39,232 nt of DNA. Origin: an uncultured Legionellales bacterium. Its GTDB lineage: Bacteria > Pseudomonadota > Gammaproteobacteria > Eutrophobiales > Eutrophobiaceae. This document shows, piece after piece, positions 19,193 through 28,022 of the stretch (position 1 is its first letter; every line of letters starts with the position of its first letter). Where the stretch lies: assembly GCA_913041115.1 (NCBI GenBank), contig CAJWIE010000002.1:1-39232 (forward strand), read 5' to 3'. A program made the translations under genes and the position numbers. Below the pieces are notes generated by a model. That model was given only the letters and a program-made list of their open reading frames with translations, did no database searches and was not told the DNA's origin.

Positions 19193-19414
19193 ATGAGTGC
19201 TGTACTTTATTTTAAAATTTATATATTTCTTTTGCTTATTTTAATCTGTGCATCACTTGCGTCCGGACTTTTTTTCTTAGCTAAAGATAATTCCGCTTCA
19301 AAAAGACTGGTTACTTCGCTTACTTTTAGAATCATACTTTCAATTTTATTATTTGTCTCATTAATAGTCGGTTTTAAATTTGGCTGGATAACGCCACACT
19401 CTGCTAATTTTTAA
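19193..19414 (+). CDS. Small twin-transmembrane protein (DUF2909 / Hig1-like)
   Basis: 73 aa with two TM helices joined by KDNSASKRLVTSLTFRI. It occupies the same divergent position between coxC and SURF1 as the DUF2909 gene I remember from Pseudomonas-type aa3 clusters. Confidence 0.6.
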   Translation: MSAVLYFKIYIFLLLILICASLASGLFFLAKDNSASKRLVTSLTFRIILSILLFVSLIVGFKFGWITPHSANF

Positions 19415-19430
19415 AAGCCCCATAAACAAT

Positions 19431-19456
19431 AAAGGCGCTGCTAGTGCAACGCCTTT
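19431..19456. terminator. Bidirectional intrinsic terminator between the convergent DUF2909-like gene and coxC
   Basis: AAAGGCG-C-TGC / tetraloop TAGT / GCA-A-CGCCTTT: 10 paired positions with one mismatch. It is flanked by an A/T run on both sides (aaacaataaa upstream, atattaattttt downstream). Confidence 0.6.
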
Positions 19457-19475
19457 ATATTAATTTTTGTTCAAT

Positions 19476-20363
19476 TTATATCCAATAAACAAATACAAAC
19501 AACCCCAACCAAACTACATCAACAAAATGCCAATACCATGCAACGCCCTCAAAGGCAAAATGATTGTGCGCTGAGAAATGCCCTTTCATTGATCTAAACA
19601 AAATAACCAATAACATGGTAGCGCCCATAGTGACATGAAACCCATGAAACCCTGTCAACATAAAAAAGGTAGAGCCGTAGACGCCGGAATTAAGCGTTAA
19701 ATCTAGTTCATGATAAGCGTGACCATATTCTATTGCTTGAAGATAAACAAAGAAAAACCCCAATGCTACAGTCGCAGCCAGCCACCAACATAAACCAGTA
19801 CGGTTACCGTTTTTAAGCGCCCAATGTGCAAAGGTTACGGTCGCACCACTTGATAAAAGAATCGCGGTATTAGCTGCGGGAACACCCCAGGCCGGAATCA
19901 CTTCTCTAATTGCCATATATTTAGACTCCAATCCCGCGATACTCATATCTGGTGTTGTTAACAACGGCCATACGGCTTGGAAATCTGGCCATAAAAAAGT
20001 ATTGGTTACGCTATCTCCGCCCAGCCAAGGCACCGATAAAACTCGCGTATAAAATAAAGCGCCGAAAAAAGCTGCGAAAAACATTACCTCGGAAAAAATA
20101 AACCAACTCATCCCCCAGCGAAAGCTAATGTCAACCTGTTCGTTGTACCTGCCTGCTAAACTTTCATCTATCACATCTTTAAACCAGCCGTAGAATAAAT
20201 AGATAAGTGCTAAAAAACCAAGGCCCAGGACATATTGCCCGTTACTGATATATCCATTTAACACCATGCCGCCGCCAACAAACATTGTAAACAACGCCAA
20301 AGTTCCCACAATCGGCCAACGACTTGGTTCCGGGATAAAATACGCACCATGTGAATCAGACAT
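19476..20363 (-). CDS. coxC: Cytochrome c oxidase subunit III
   Basis: 295 aa, 7 TM segments, C-terminal HFVDVVWLGLFVFVYW signature. Confidence 0.95.
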   Translation of the reverse strand: MSDSHGAYFIPEPSRWPIVGTLALFTMFVGGGMVLNGYISNGQYVLGLGFLALIYLFYGWFKDVIDESLAGRYNEQVDISFRWGMSWFIFSEVMFFAAFFGALFYTRVLSVPWLGGDSVTNTFLWPDFQAVWPLLTTPDMSIAGLESKYMAIREVIPAWGVPAANTAILLSSGATVTFAHWALKNGNRTGLCWWLAATVALGFFFVYLQAIEYGHAYHELDLTLNSGVYGSTFFMLTGFHGFHVTMGATMLLVILFRSMKGHFSAHNHFAFEGVAWYWHFVDVVWLGLFVFVYWI

Positions 20364-20390
20364 AACTATTCCTCGTTTTAATTAATTATT

Positions 20391-20963
20391 TTAACCATTA
20401 TTTTGGTTTGCTGTTTCATGCTGCGCATTACCAGCAACATCCTCATTTAGGACTTTAAAAAATGTATACGATAATGTCATTGTTGAAATTTTTTCTGGTA
20501 AATCTGAATCAACAACAAAACGTACGATCATTTCTTTCTTCTCCCCAGGCGCTAACACCTGATTTATAAAACAAAAACATTCCGTTTTATTAAAAAATAA
20601 AGATGCTTGTTCTGGAGCAACGCTTGGTATTGCCTGACCAACAACGGACTTATTCGATTTATTTTCCACAACAAATTTCGCCTCAGCAATCTCGCCAGGC
20701 CGTACATCCTGTTTAAATTGGGCCGCCTTAAACTCCCAAGGCAAAGCAGGATTAACATTGGTATCAAATTCAACTGTTACTAATCTATTTGGATCAACAT
20801 CATCGACACTAACTTGTGATTGTGCAATTTGCCCTGTTTTGCCATTAATGCCGGTAATATCACATAACACATTATAGATAGGCACCATTAAATAACCGAA
20901 GCCAAACATGGCAACAGCTACTAAACCTAGTTTTTTTGCTGTTTTTGTCGCGTTATTTTTCAT
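20391..20963 (-). CDS. ctaG: Cytochrome c oxidase assembly protein Cox11/CtaG (CuB insertion)
   Basis: N-terminal TM and the copper-binding CFCF motif (KTECFCFINQ). 190 aa. Confidence 0.92.
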   Translation of the reverse strand: MKNNATKTAKKLGLVAVAMFGFGYLMVPIYNVLCDITGINGKTGQIAQSQVSVDDVDPNRLVTVEFDTNVNPALPWEFKAAQFKQDVRPGEIAEAKFVVENKSNKSVVGQAIPSVAPEQASLFFNKTECFCFINQVLAPGEKKEMIVRFVVDSDLPEKISTMTLSYTFFKVLNEDVAGNAQHETANQNNG

Positions 20964-20965
20964 AT

Positions 20966-21103
20966 CTAAAAGTAAAATAAAACAAAACCTACATAAAAAC
21001 CCACAGCAATTAATCCCAAAATAACAGCTAGTCTTATGTTCTTTTTTGCTAATTCCTTCTCTGCAGAACTCTGTCTATTATCAGTCATAGCAAACATACT
21101 CAT
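20966..21103 (-). CDS. Unannotated 45-aa single-TM protein between coxA and cox11 (candidate small oxidase assembly/accessory subunit)
   Basis: Below the ORF-track cutoff. Reverse translation: MSMFAMTDNRQSSAEKELAKKNIRLAVILGLIAVGFYVGFVLFYF*. The ATG lies 8 nt after the coxA stop and the stop lies 2 nt before the cox11 ATG, so the ORF fills the gap exactly. It has a charged N-terminus followed by one hydrophobic helix. Alternative starts are at 21097 and 21088. Confidence 0.5.
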   Translation of the reverse strand: MSMFAMTDNRQSSAEKELAKKNIRLAVILGLIAVGFYVGFVLFYF

Positions 21104-21111
21104 TTTTTAAT

Positions 21112-22704
21112 TTACGAGTGTGCCGTTGCATCGGTTACTTCTGGCGGTGTTGTAAAAGTATGAAATGGTGGTGGCGATGGTAAAGTCCACTCTAAACCAT
21201 GTGCTCCCTCCCAAACCTGATCCGTTGCTTTCTCACCACCTCGAACACACTTAATCACGACCCAAACGAGTATCAGTTGGCTCAACCCGAAAGCAAAGCC
21301 GCCAAGCGATATAATCGCGTTCCAGTCAGCAAACTGAACGCTGTAATCCGGAATACGGCGAGGCATGCCGGCCAGCCCAATAAAGTGCATGGGGAAGAAC
21401 AATATGTTGACCGAAATTGTTGAAGACCAAAAATGTAGCTTGCCAAGTTTTTCATCGTACATATTGCCGGTCCATTTAGGCAGCCAAAAATAAATACCGC
21501 CCATAAGACCAAAGATAATTCCTGGAACAATGACATAATGAAAATGAGCAACAATGAAATAGGTGTCATGATATTGAAAATCTACCGGGGTAATTCCCAT
21601 CATCAAACCAGAGAACCCGCCAAGTGAAAACATAAATAGAACACCGATTGCAAAAAGCATTGGTGTTTCAAAAGTCATCGAGCCCTTCCACATAGTTGCC
21701 ATCCAATTAAAAATCTTAACGCCCGTCGGCACAGCAATTGACATGGTTGCGTACATAAAGAACAGCTCACCTGTTAATGGCATACCAACAGTGAACATAT
21801 GATGCGCCCACACAAAGAAAGACAAAAAGGCAATTGATGCGGTTGCATAGACCATCGATGTGTAACCAAATAATGGTTTACGTGCAAACGTTGGGATTAT
21901 CTGTGAAATCACACCAAATGCTGGCAATACTAAAATGTATACCTCGGGATGACCAAAAAACCAGAAGATATGCTGGAACATTACCGGGTCGCCACCGCCC
22001 GCGGCATCAAAAAATGCAGTGCCAAAAAATTTATCGGTTAACAACATTGTAACGCCGCCGGCTAATACCGGCATTGCTGCGATTAACAAGAACGCGGTAA
22101 TGATCCAAGCCCAAACAAATAAAGGCAGCCTCATAAAAGTCATTCCCGGTGCGCGCATATTAAAAACTGTCGCGATAATGTTGATCGCGCCCATAATTGA
22201 TGACACGCCCAGAAAATGTACAGCAAAAACCAAGTAAGGTAGTCCATCGCCTAGTTGCAGCACAAGAGGGGGATACATTGTCCATCCACCAGCTGGCGCA
22301 CCACCTTGCATGAAAAAAGTCGATAACAACAGAGTAAAAGCAAAGGGTAGAATCCAAAAACTCATATTGTTCATCCTGGGTAGCGCCATATCAGGCGCGC
22401 CGATCATCATCGGGATCATCCAGTTGGCAAGCCCCACGCCCGCGGGCATCAAGGCTCCAAAGATCATAACCAGAGCATGGACTGTTACCATAGAATTATA
22501 AAATTGCGGATCAACGTATTGCATGCCCGGCTGAAATAATTCAGCTCGTATTACCATTGACATGGCACCACCGACAAAAAACATTATCAAAGCAAACACT
22601 AGGTACATCGTTCCGATATCTTTGTGATTAGTTGAAAAAAGCCAACGGCCTATTCCCGTAGGCTTATGATCGTGATGATCATCATGTAGGACTGCTTCGC
22701 TCAT
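21112..22704 (-). CDS. coxA: Cytochrome c oxidase subunit I (aa3-type)
   Basis: 530 aa, 12 TM segments, and heme-copper signatures (WFFGHPEVYILVLPAFG, HHMF, and HFHYV in VAHFHYVIV). Confidence 0.97.
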   Translation of the reverse strand: MSEAVLHDDHHDHKPTGIGRWLFSTNHKDIGTMYLVFALIMFFVGGAMSMVIRAELFQPGMQYVDPQFYNSMVTVHALVMIFGALMPAGVGLANWMIPMMIGAPDMALPRMNNMSFWILPFAFTLLLSTFFMQGGAPAGGWTMYPPLVLQLGDGLPYLVFAVHFLGVSSIMGAINIIATVFNMRAPGMTFMRLPLFVWAWIITAFLLIAAMPVLAGGVTMLLTDKFFGTAFFDAAGGGDPVMFQHIFWFFGHPEVYILVLPAFGVISQIIPTFARKPLFGYTSMVYATASIAFLSFFVWAHHMFTVGMPLTGELFFMYATMSIAVPTGVKIFNWMATMWKGSMTFETPMLFAIGVLFMFSLGGFSGLMMGITPVDFQYHDTYFIVAHFHYVIVPGIIFGLMGGIYFWLPKWTGNMYDEKLGKLHFWSSTISVNILFFPMHFIGLAGMPRRIPDYSVQFADWNAIISLGGFAFGLSQLILVWVVIKCVRGGEKATDQVWEGAHGLEWTLPSPPPFHTFTTPPEVTDATAHS

Positions 22705-22768
22705 AATTTCTACCCTTTATATTGTTATTTTCTAAATATTATTAAATTTAAATTGATTCGTTTATTTT

Positions 22769-23911
22769 TTATCTCATTGCTTTTACATCTGATGGCTGAA
22801 CAACATCTTTAACCGTATTACCCCATGAGTTTCTTGCAAAGGTTACTACCGCCCCAATATCTGTATCATTTAATAAGTCTTTCCAAGCAGGCATCATATT
22901 TTTACCATTAAGCACCTGCATAATCATTTCAGATGCTGGGCCATTGACAATAGCGCTGCTATCTAAAGCTGGAAATAGTCCTTCCATGCCTTGGCCTTCT
23001 GCCATATGGCAAACTGCACAATTTGTCGTATAAACTTCTGCGCCTTTTGCTAGTAATTCTTCTTTTGTCCATTCTTTATCCGCACCTGCTGCTGCTGCAA
23101 GTTGCATTGATTTTTGTTCTTCAACCCAAACGGCATATTCATCTTTAGAAACGGCTTCGACAACAATTGGCATAAACCCGTGATCCCTGCCACAAAGTTC
23201 CGCGCAATTACCACGATAAATGCCAGGCTCCTCAATGTATGTCCAGTTATCATTAATAAAACCTGGAATTGCGTCACGCTTCCACCCAAGTGCAGGCACC
23301 CACCAATCGTGAATTACATCGGCAGCGGTGGTTAATATACGAATTTTTGTTTTGATCGGAAGTACAACTCGGTTATCAACGTCCAAGAGATAATTTTCAA
23401 TCGTATTTGGATCGATACCCGAACCCACTTGTCTCGCATCATTGCTATCCTGTGAAAGCGTGCTAACAAAACTTATACCTTCATCAAGGTAATCATACTT
23501 CCACTTCCATTGTATGCCTGTAACTTTAATTGTCATTTCCGCATCACCGGTTTGTTCCATAAACACAAGTGCTTTGGTTGCGGGGATTGCCATGAGAACA
23601 AGTATGAGGATAGGAATAACCGTCCAGGTAATTTCAGCGGCTGTGCTGTGATGAAATTGTTCTGCAACTGCGCCTTTAGATTTCCTGTGATGGTAAATCG
23701 ACCAACACATTACCGAAAAAACGAGAATGCCGATTACTGTGACAATATATAGAATCAACATATGTAGATCGTAGACCATTTTACTGGTTGGTGTAACACC
23801 TTCGGTTAGATTCAGTACGTTCATGTAATCAGCTAACGCTGTACCGCTCATCAAAAATAATGAAACGGTGGTGACACCGAGCACAATTTGTTTCAATTTA
23901 TCTACAGACAT
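22769..23911 (-). CDS. coxB: Cytochrome c oxidase subunit II with a fused C-terminal cytochrome c domain
   Basis: Two N-terminal TM segments, CuA ligands (HDWWVP, CAELCGRDHGFM), and the C-terminal heme-binding CAVCH motif. Confidence 0.95.
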   Translation of the reverse strand: MSVDKLKQIVLGVTTVSLFLMSGTALADYMNVLNLTEGVTPTSKMVYDLHMLILYIVTVIGILVFSVMCWSIYHHRKSKGAVAEQFHHSTAAEITWTVIPILILVLMAIPATKALVFMEQTGDAEMTIKVTGIQWKWKYDYLDEGISFVSTLSQDSNDARQVGSGIDPNTIENYLLDVDNRVVLPIKTKIRILTTAADVIHDWWVPALGWKRDAIPGFINDNWTYIEEPGIYRGNCAELCGRDHGFMPIVVEAVSKDEYAVWVEEQKSMQLAAAAGADKEWTKEELLAKGAEVYTTNCAVCHMAEGQGMEGLFPALDSSAIVNGPASEMIMQVLNGKNMMPAWKDLLNDTDIGAVVTFARNSWGNTVKDVVQPSDVKAMR

Positions 23912-23948
23912 TACAACCTTCCCCTGTGATTTAATTTTCGTTGTTATC

Positions 23949-24425
23949 TTAATTGTTAATTACTTTTTTTAATTCTACTTCCAAGCATTGACGTTCTTGT
24001 TCATTTAAAAATTTCCCTAACTCAATTTGTTTGCCATGTGAGCGCAATAACAAACGGCTCGGATACCAATTATTCCACGACTTTTCTAAAACAATTTTCG
24101 CCCATGCCTTATCAAACTCATAAACCTTTTCTGGTGTATTACGCCCGATTTCTATTTTTATTTTCTCTTCGGTAACACTAACCACCTCTTTAATATTACT
24201 TCTCCATGCACTGATGTATAAAACAGCGCCAAGGGCGACTATCTCTAAACCAGCAAACGGCAAAATAAGTGTAAGGCCCTGAATATAAAAATTGATTGCG
24301 ATGGATAAGGTTACAACGGTAATTACAAAATAGAACATCATAATGTGCTGCCAAGACATTGCTCTATTTGGCATCACCATGATGGTTTTTTCTAATTCAC
24401 TTTCGTTTGTTAAATTAAAAAACAT
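23949..24425 (-). CDS. DUF2244-like two-TM membrane protein heading the cox operon
   Basis: 158 aa. A TM hairpin (IMMFYFVITVVTLSIAINFYI / LPFAGLEIVALGAVLYISAW) is followed by a soluble tail. It lies immediately upstream of coxB with a GGGGAAGG RBS for coxB at its end. The start may be an internal Met (MVMPNRAMSW). The family call is from memory. Confidence 0.55.
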   Translation of the reverse strand: MFFNLTNESELEKTIMVMPNRAMSWQHIMMFYFVITVVTLSIAINFYIQGLTLILPFAGLEIVALGAVLYISAWRSNIKEVVSVTEEKIKIEIGRNTPEKVYEFDKAWAKIVLEKSWNNWYPSRLLLRSHGKQIELGKFLNEQERQCLEVELKKVINN

Positions 24426-24547
24426 CCCCGCCCTTCAAATATCATTAATTATTTTTTTGGTTCCCAATAGCTTTTGTCATAATTGCCTTTATTTAGACCA
24501 TAGCAAAAAAGCGTTATATTAACCCAACTTTGCCTCCGTTTTAAACG

Positions 24548-25228
24548 TTAAATCTTCTGAACAAAAGAGAGTTCAATCTGTTTTGCTAACTTATCTGAGT
24601 CAAAATCACTACAATAACTAAAATCCGCTATATGTGGACAATTTAACCTTTTTCTTAGAGTTTTAACTGTCTCTTCGCCACTAGAATAGACTCTATCTAA
24701 ACGGTTGCTTGCCCAGCCACAGAGACTATGACCATCTGATCTTATTGCCTCTGCTGTTAAAATTGCATGGTTTATACAACCTAGTCTCAACCCCACAACC
24801 AAAATAACCGATAAATTGAGCCTATCTACAAATTCTGAAAGGTAATATTCGTCGGTAATTGGCACTCTCCACCCTCCGATTCCTTCCACAACCATGATAT
24901 CAGCCATGGATTTTAGAGTGTTATAATTTTTTATAATTTGATCTAGATCAAGCCTTATATTCTCCTCTTTAGCTGCAATGGTGGGCGCCGTAGGTGATTC
25001 ACAAACAAAGGGGTTAACTAACCCATATGAAACTTTTTTACTACTACACTGCATTATCAATCTTGCGTCTTCATTAATTAGTCCTTCTTTTGTCGCTGTC
25101 GCTCCCGTTGCAAAAGGTTTCATACCCATTACAGAAAAGCCTGTTTTTTTTAACGCAGTCATTAAGGCTACAGTGAACCAGGTCTTTCCAATTTCTGTGT
25201 CAGTTCCTGTGATAAAAAAATTTGTCAT
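24548..25228 (-). CDS. bioD: Dethiobiotin synthase
   Basis: N-terminal P-loop FITGTDTEIGKT. 226 aa. Last gene of the bio operon. Confidence 0.9.
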   Translation of the reverse strand: MTNFFITGTDTEIGKTWFTVALMTALKKTGFSVMGMKPFATGATATKEGLINEDARLIMQCSSKKVSYGLVNPFVCESPTAPTIAAKEENIRLDLDQIIKNYNTLKSMADIMVVEGIGGWRVPITDEYYLSEFVDRLNLSVILVVGLRLGCINHAILTAEAIRSDGHSLCGWASNRLDRVYSSGEETVKTLRKRLNCPHIADFSYCSDFDSDKLAKQIELSFVQKI

Positions 25229-25236
25229 AAATTTAC

Positions 25237-26121
25237 CTAAATTACTTTTTTATTAAGTTGCTTTTTAAAATCATCTAATCTTATCGATTGTTCTTTTTTT
25301 ATATCGACAGACTGCCACGCATGACCATAAATAACCTCATAAGTCACAGGCAATGTATTATTAGTTCGATATGACTCGTAATATTCAAAAACTTTTTCGA
25401 GTCTCTTTTTTCCGGTTAGTGTTTTTCTGCGGCCGTTGTTAATATTTTGAGCGCCTATATATTTTAACTCCTTCATAAACTGTCGACATTCATGGTAAGT
25501 TAAAATAATCTCCTCCATATTTAAAATTGGAGACGTTAGTCCATTTCGCATTAAAGCATCAGCAATGTCGTGCATATCAACAAACGCGTTAACATGAACA
25601 TAATCATCAGCACGTGCCCAGCAATCGCGTAATTCTTTTAATGAGTCTGGGCCAAAACTTGAAAATAAAAAAACACCGTTTTCTTTTAGTAAACGCCTAA
25701 TCTCAAAAAAAACGACATCTAAGTTATTACACCACTGTAAAGTAAGCCCACTTACAATCAAATCAAAATGCTTTTCTTTAAAAGGTAATTTATTAATATC
25801 GGCGCAAATAAAATGATCTCTTGAAAAAAGAACAGGGGATTTTTTTCGTGACACTTTTAACATGTTTTCAGAAAAATCGATTTGATAAATATGGGCATTT
25901 GTAAATTTTTTATGCAGTATTTTTGACCCATACCCTGTGCCTGATCCCAAATCTAGAATTGTCATTGGATTAATTTTTATTTGTTCTAGTGATTCGTTTA
26001 GTCTGTCTGCTACGATACGTTGTAATATTGAATATTTATCATAATGCAAAGCTGCTTTTTCAAACGCAGCTCGTACATTATTTAAATTTTTTATGTATTG
26101 ATTGCTGTTATATTCTTTCAT
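25237..26121 (-). CDS. bioC: Malonyl-ACP O-methyltransferase
   Basis: SAM-binding ILDLGSGTGYGS, class I methyltransferase, positioned between bioH and bioD. Confidence 0.85.
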   Translation of the reverse strand: MKEYNSNQYIKNLNNVRAAFEKAALHYDKYSILQRIVADRLNESLEQIKINPMTILDLGSGTGYGSKILHKKFTNAHIYQIDFSENMLKVSRKKSPVLFSRDHFICADINKLPFKEKHFDLIVSGLTLQWCNNLDVVFFEIRRLLKENGVFLFSSFGPDSLKELRDCWARADDYVHVNAFVDMHDIADALMRNGLTSPILNMEEIILTYHECRQFMKELKYIGAQNINNGRRKTLTGKKRLEKVFEYYESYRTNNTLPVTYEVIYGHAWQSVDIKKEQSIRLDDFKKQLNKKVI

Positions 26122-26848
26122 TTAAAAATTGATAAATTAAATTATATGTTTCCTTGGGCTTACTAACAAAAGGAGTGTGCCCACAATCTTGTATAATTGT
26201 ACAATGTGAGCTGGAATTTAAATTTTCTATTTGATTTTTGATCTTTGATTTAATAAGAACATCGTTTTCACCCAAAATTGTATGCGACGGGATTCCCATT
26301 GTCGCAAATTGCTTTCTTTGATCGTCGGCTTCCAATTCATTTAACCAAAAAGACAATATTTCATTTTGTCTTTCTTTTACCAAATATTGTCTAACATACT
26401 TGCTAGATTGTGATGGATTTATATCGCCGTTGGTTATTAGCCCAGAAAAATAACTGAGCGTGCCTTTTTCGTTCTTAAAAAATCGTCTTTTTAATTCATC
26501 TAGTTTATCTTTTTGAATTACGTTGGGCCATCCCTCTTGATTTAAAAAACATGGAGTACTTGCAATAAAAATTATTGCCTTTACTTTTTTTGTCAGCGGC
26601 AACAATCTCAATGCGATTAACCCGCCAATTGACCATGTGACTAAAACGCTATCTTTTTTTATTATTTTGCTTAAGGTTTTGGCTACCGATTTAAAGCTTT
26701 TGTCTTTTGACTGTCTGGCAATACTGTAGAGACATGGCGTTAAAATATTATCAAAACCGTCGAACTTTGTTATAAACCCTTCCCAAACTTGGTTTGTTAC
26801 ACCCCATCCATGTAATAAAATACAATCCATTTTATTGGCCGCGTTCAT
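26108..26848 (-). CDS. bioH: Pimeloyl-ACP methyl ester carboxylesterase
   Basis: Alpha/beta hydrolase with LLHGWG, the nucleophile elbow TWSIGG and the catalytic His in DCGHTPF. It overlaps both bioF and bioC. Confidence 0.8.
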   Translation of the reverse strand: MNAANKMDCILLHGWGVTNQVWEGFITKFDGFDNILTPCLYSIARQSKDKSFKSVAKTLSKIIKKDSVLVTWSIGGLIALRLLPLTKKVKAIIFIASTPCFLNQEGWPNVIQKDKLDELKRRFFKNEKGTLSYFSGLITNGDINPSQSSKYVRQYLVKERQNEILSFWLNELEADDQRKQFATMGIPSHTILGENDVLIKSKIKNQIENLNSSSHCTIIQDCGHTPFVSKPKETYNLIYQFLNERI

Positions 26849-28013
26849 TTAAAATTTTACTAAGTGTTTTAACTAATAAAGAAATATCATTTTTTGTATG
26901 TGCAGCTGTAATGCTTATTCGTAATCTAGAGGTATTTTTTGGTACGGTCGGTGGGCGAATAGCTGAAACCAAAATATTTTTTTTATAAAGCGCTTTACTG
27001 ATCTGCATCGCTTCATTCGCGCCACCAATAATTAAAGGTTGGATGTGATTGTCCGATCCGCCCACACACATACCTGCTTTTTTCGACAACTTTTTATAAT
27101 CAGCAACCAATTCTCTTATGTGCAAACGTAGATTTTTACTTCTTTCTATCATATCTAGTGTGTGGGTGATAGTTGCTGCAAGCGCGGGTAACAAAGCTGT
27201 TGTGTAAATATATGTTCTTGCTTTTTGTATAAATGCCTCAATAAGTGTTTCACTGCCAGCGATAAATGCGCCTGCTGCGCCAAAAGATTTTCCAAATGTC
27301 CCAATTAATAAATCAACTTCCTTTTCAAGATTTAATTCTTCAATCAAACCCGCGCCCTTTCCCCCAAGAACACCAATACCGTGTGCGTCATCCACAATTA
27401 ATAATGCATGATATTTATTACATAATTTCGATATCTCTAATAGGGGCGCACAGTCTCCATCCATACTAAATACACCGTCTGTCATAATAATCAGATCATT
27501 GTTTTTATATTTCTCTAGTAAACTTTTTAAATGTGACAGATCACAATGTTGGTAACGAACAAGTTTTCCTTTAGAAAGCAATGCCGCATCTACCAAAGAA
27601 GCATGGCTAAGTTTGTCTTGTAAAATAATTGTATTCTTATTTATTAGTGCTGATGCAATAGCTAAATTTGCATGATAGCCAGAAGAAAAAACTAATGATG
27701 CATGCCTATTAAAAAAATCGGAAAGTTTTTTTTCTAATATTTCGTGTGGTTCTATGTGCCCTGTTATTAATTGTGACGACCCTGCGCCAATACCATACTC
27801 ATGAATAGCTTCGATCATGCAGCGCTTAAGCTTTTCGTTGTTTGCAAAACCTAAATAATCGTTACTACTAAAATTTAAAAATTTTTCACCGTCAATCGAA
27901 ATTTTAGCGCCTTGTGCCGAATTAATAGTTCTTCTTTCGCGAAACAACCCTTCTTTTTTTAGGTTTTCAAAATCATTATTTTTACCCATAGCAGTTCTTA
28001 GGCTCTTACGCAT
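26832..28013 (-). CDS. bioF: 8-amino-7-oxononanoate synthase
   Basis: PLP-dependent alpha-oxoamine synthase: DDAHGIGVLG, GTFGKSFG (PLP lysine). 393 aa; a start at the internal Met (27989) is also possible. Confidence 0.92.
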   Translation of the reverse strand: MRKSLRTAMGKNNDFENLKKEGLFRERRTINSAQGAKISIDGEKFLNFSSNDYLGFANNEKLKRCMIEAIHEYGIGAGSSQLITGHIEPHEILEKKLSDFFNRHASLVFSSGYHANLAIASALINKNTIILQDKLSHASLVDAALLSKGKLVRYQHCDLSHLKSLLEKYKNNDLIIMTDGVFSMDGDCAPLLEISKLCNKYHALLIVDDAHGIGVLGGKGAGLIEELNLEKEVDLLIGTFGKSFGAAGAFIAGSETLIEAFIQKARTYIYTTALLPALAATITHTLDMIERSKNLRLHIRELVADYKKLSKKAGMCVGGSDNHIQPLIIGGANEAMQISKALYKKNILVSAIRPPTVPKNTSRLRISITAAHTKNDISLLVKTLSKILNERGQ

Positions 28014-28022
28014 AAATATTTA

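Noticed and set aside
24445-24480. 11-codon minus-strand mini-ORF (MTKAIGNQKNN) with an AAGG-like RBS in the region upstream of the cox operon; possible leader peptide
   Set aside because: It is too short to evaluate, has no associated attenuator hairpin, and such an ORF is easily produced by chance in AT-rich DNA. Noted only in case transcript mapping places it in a 5' leader.
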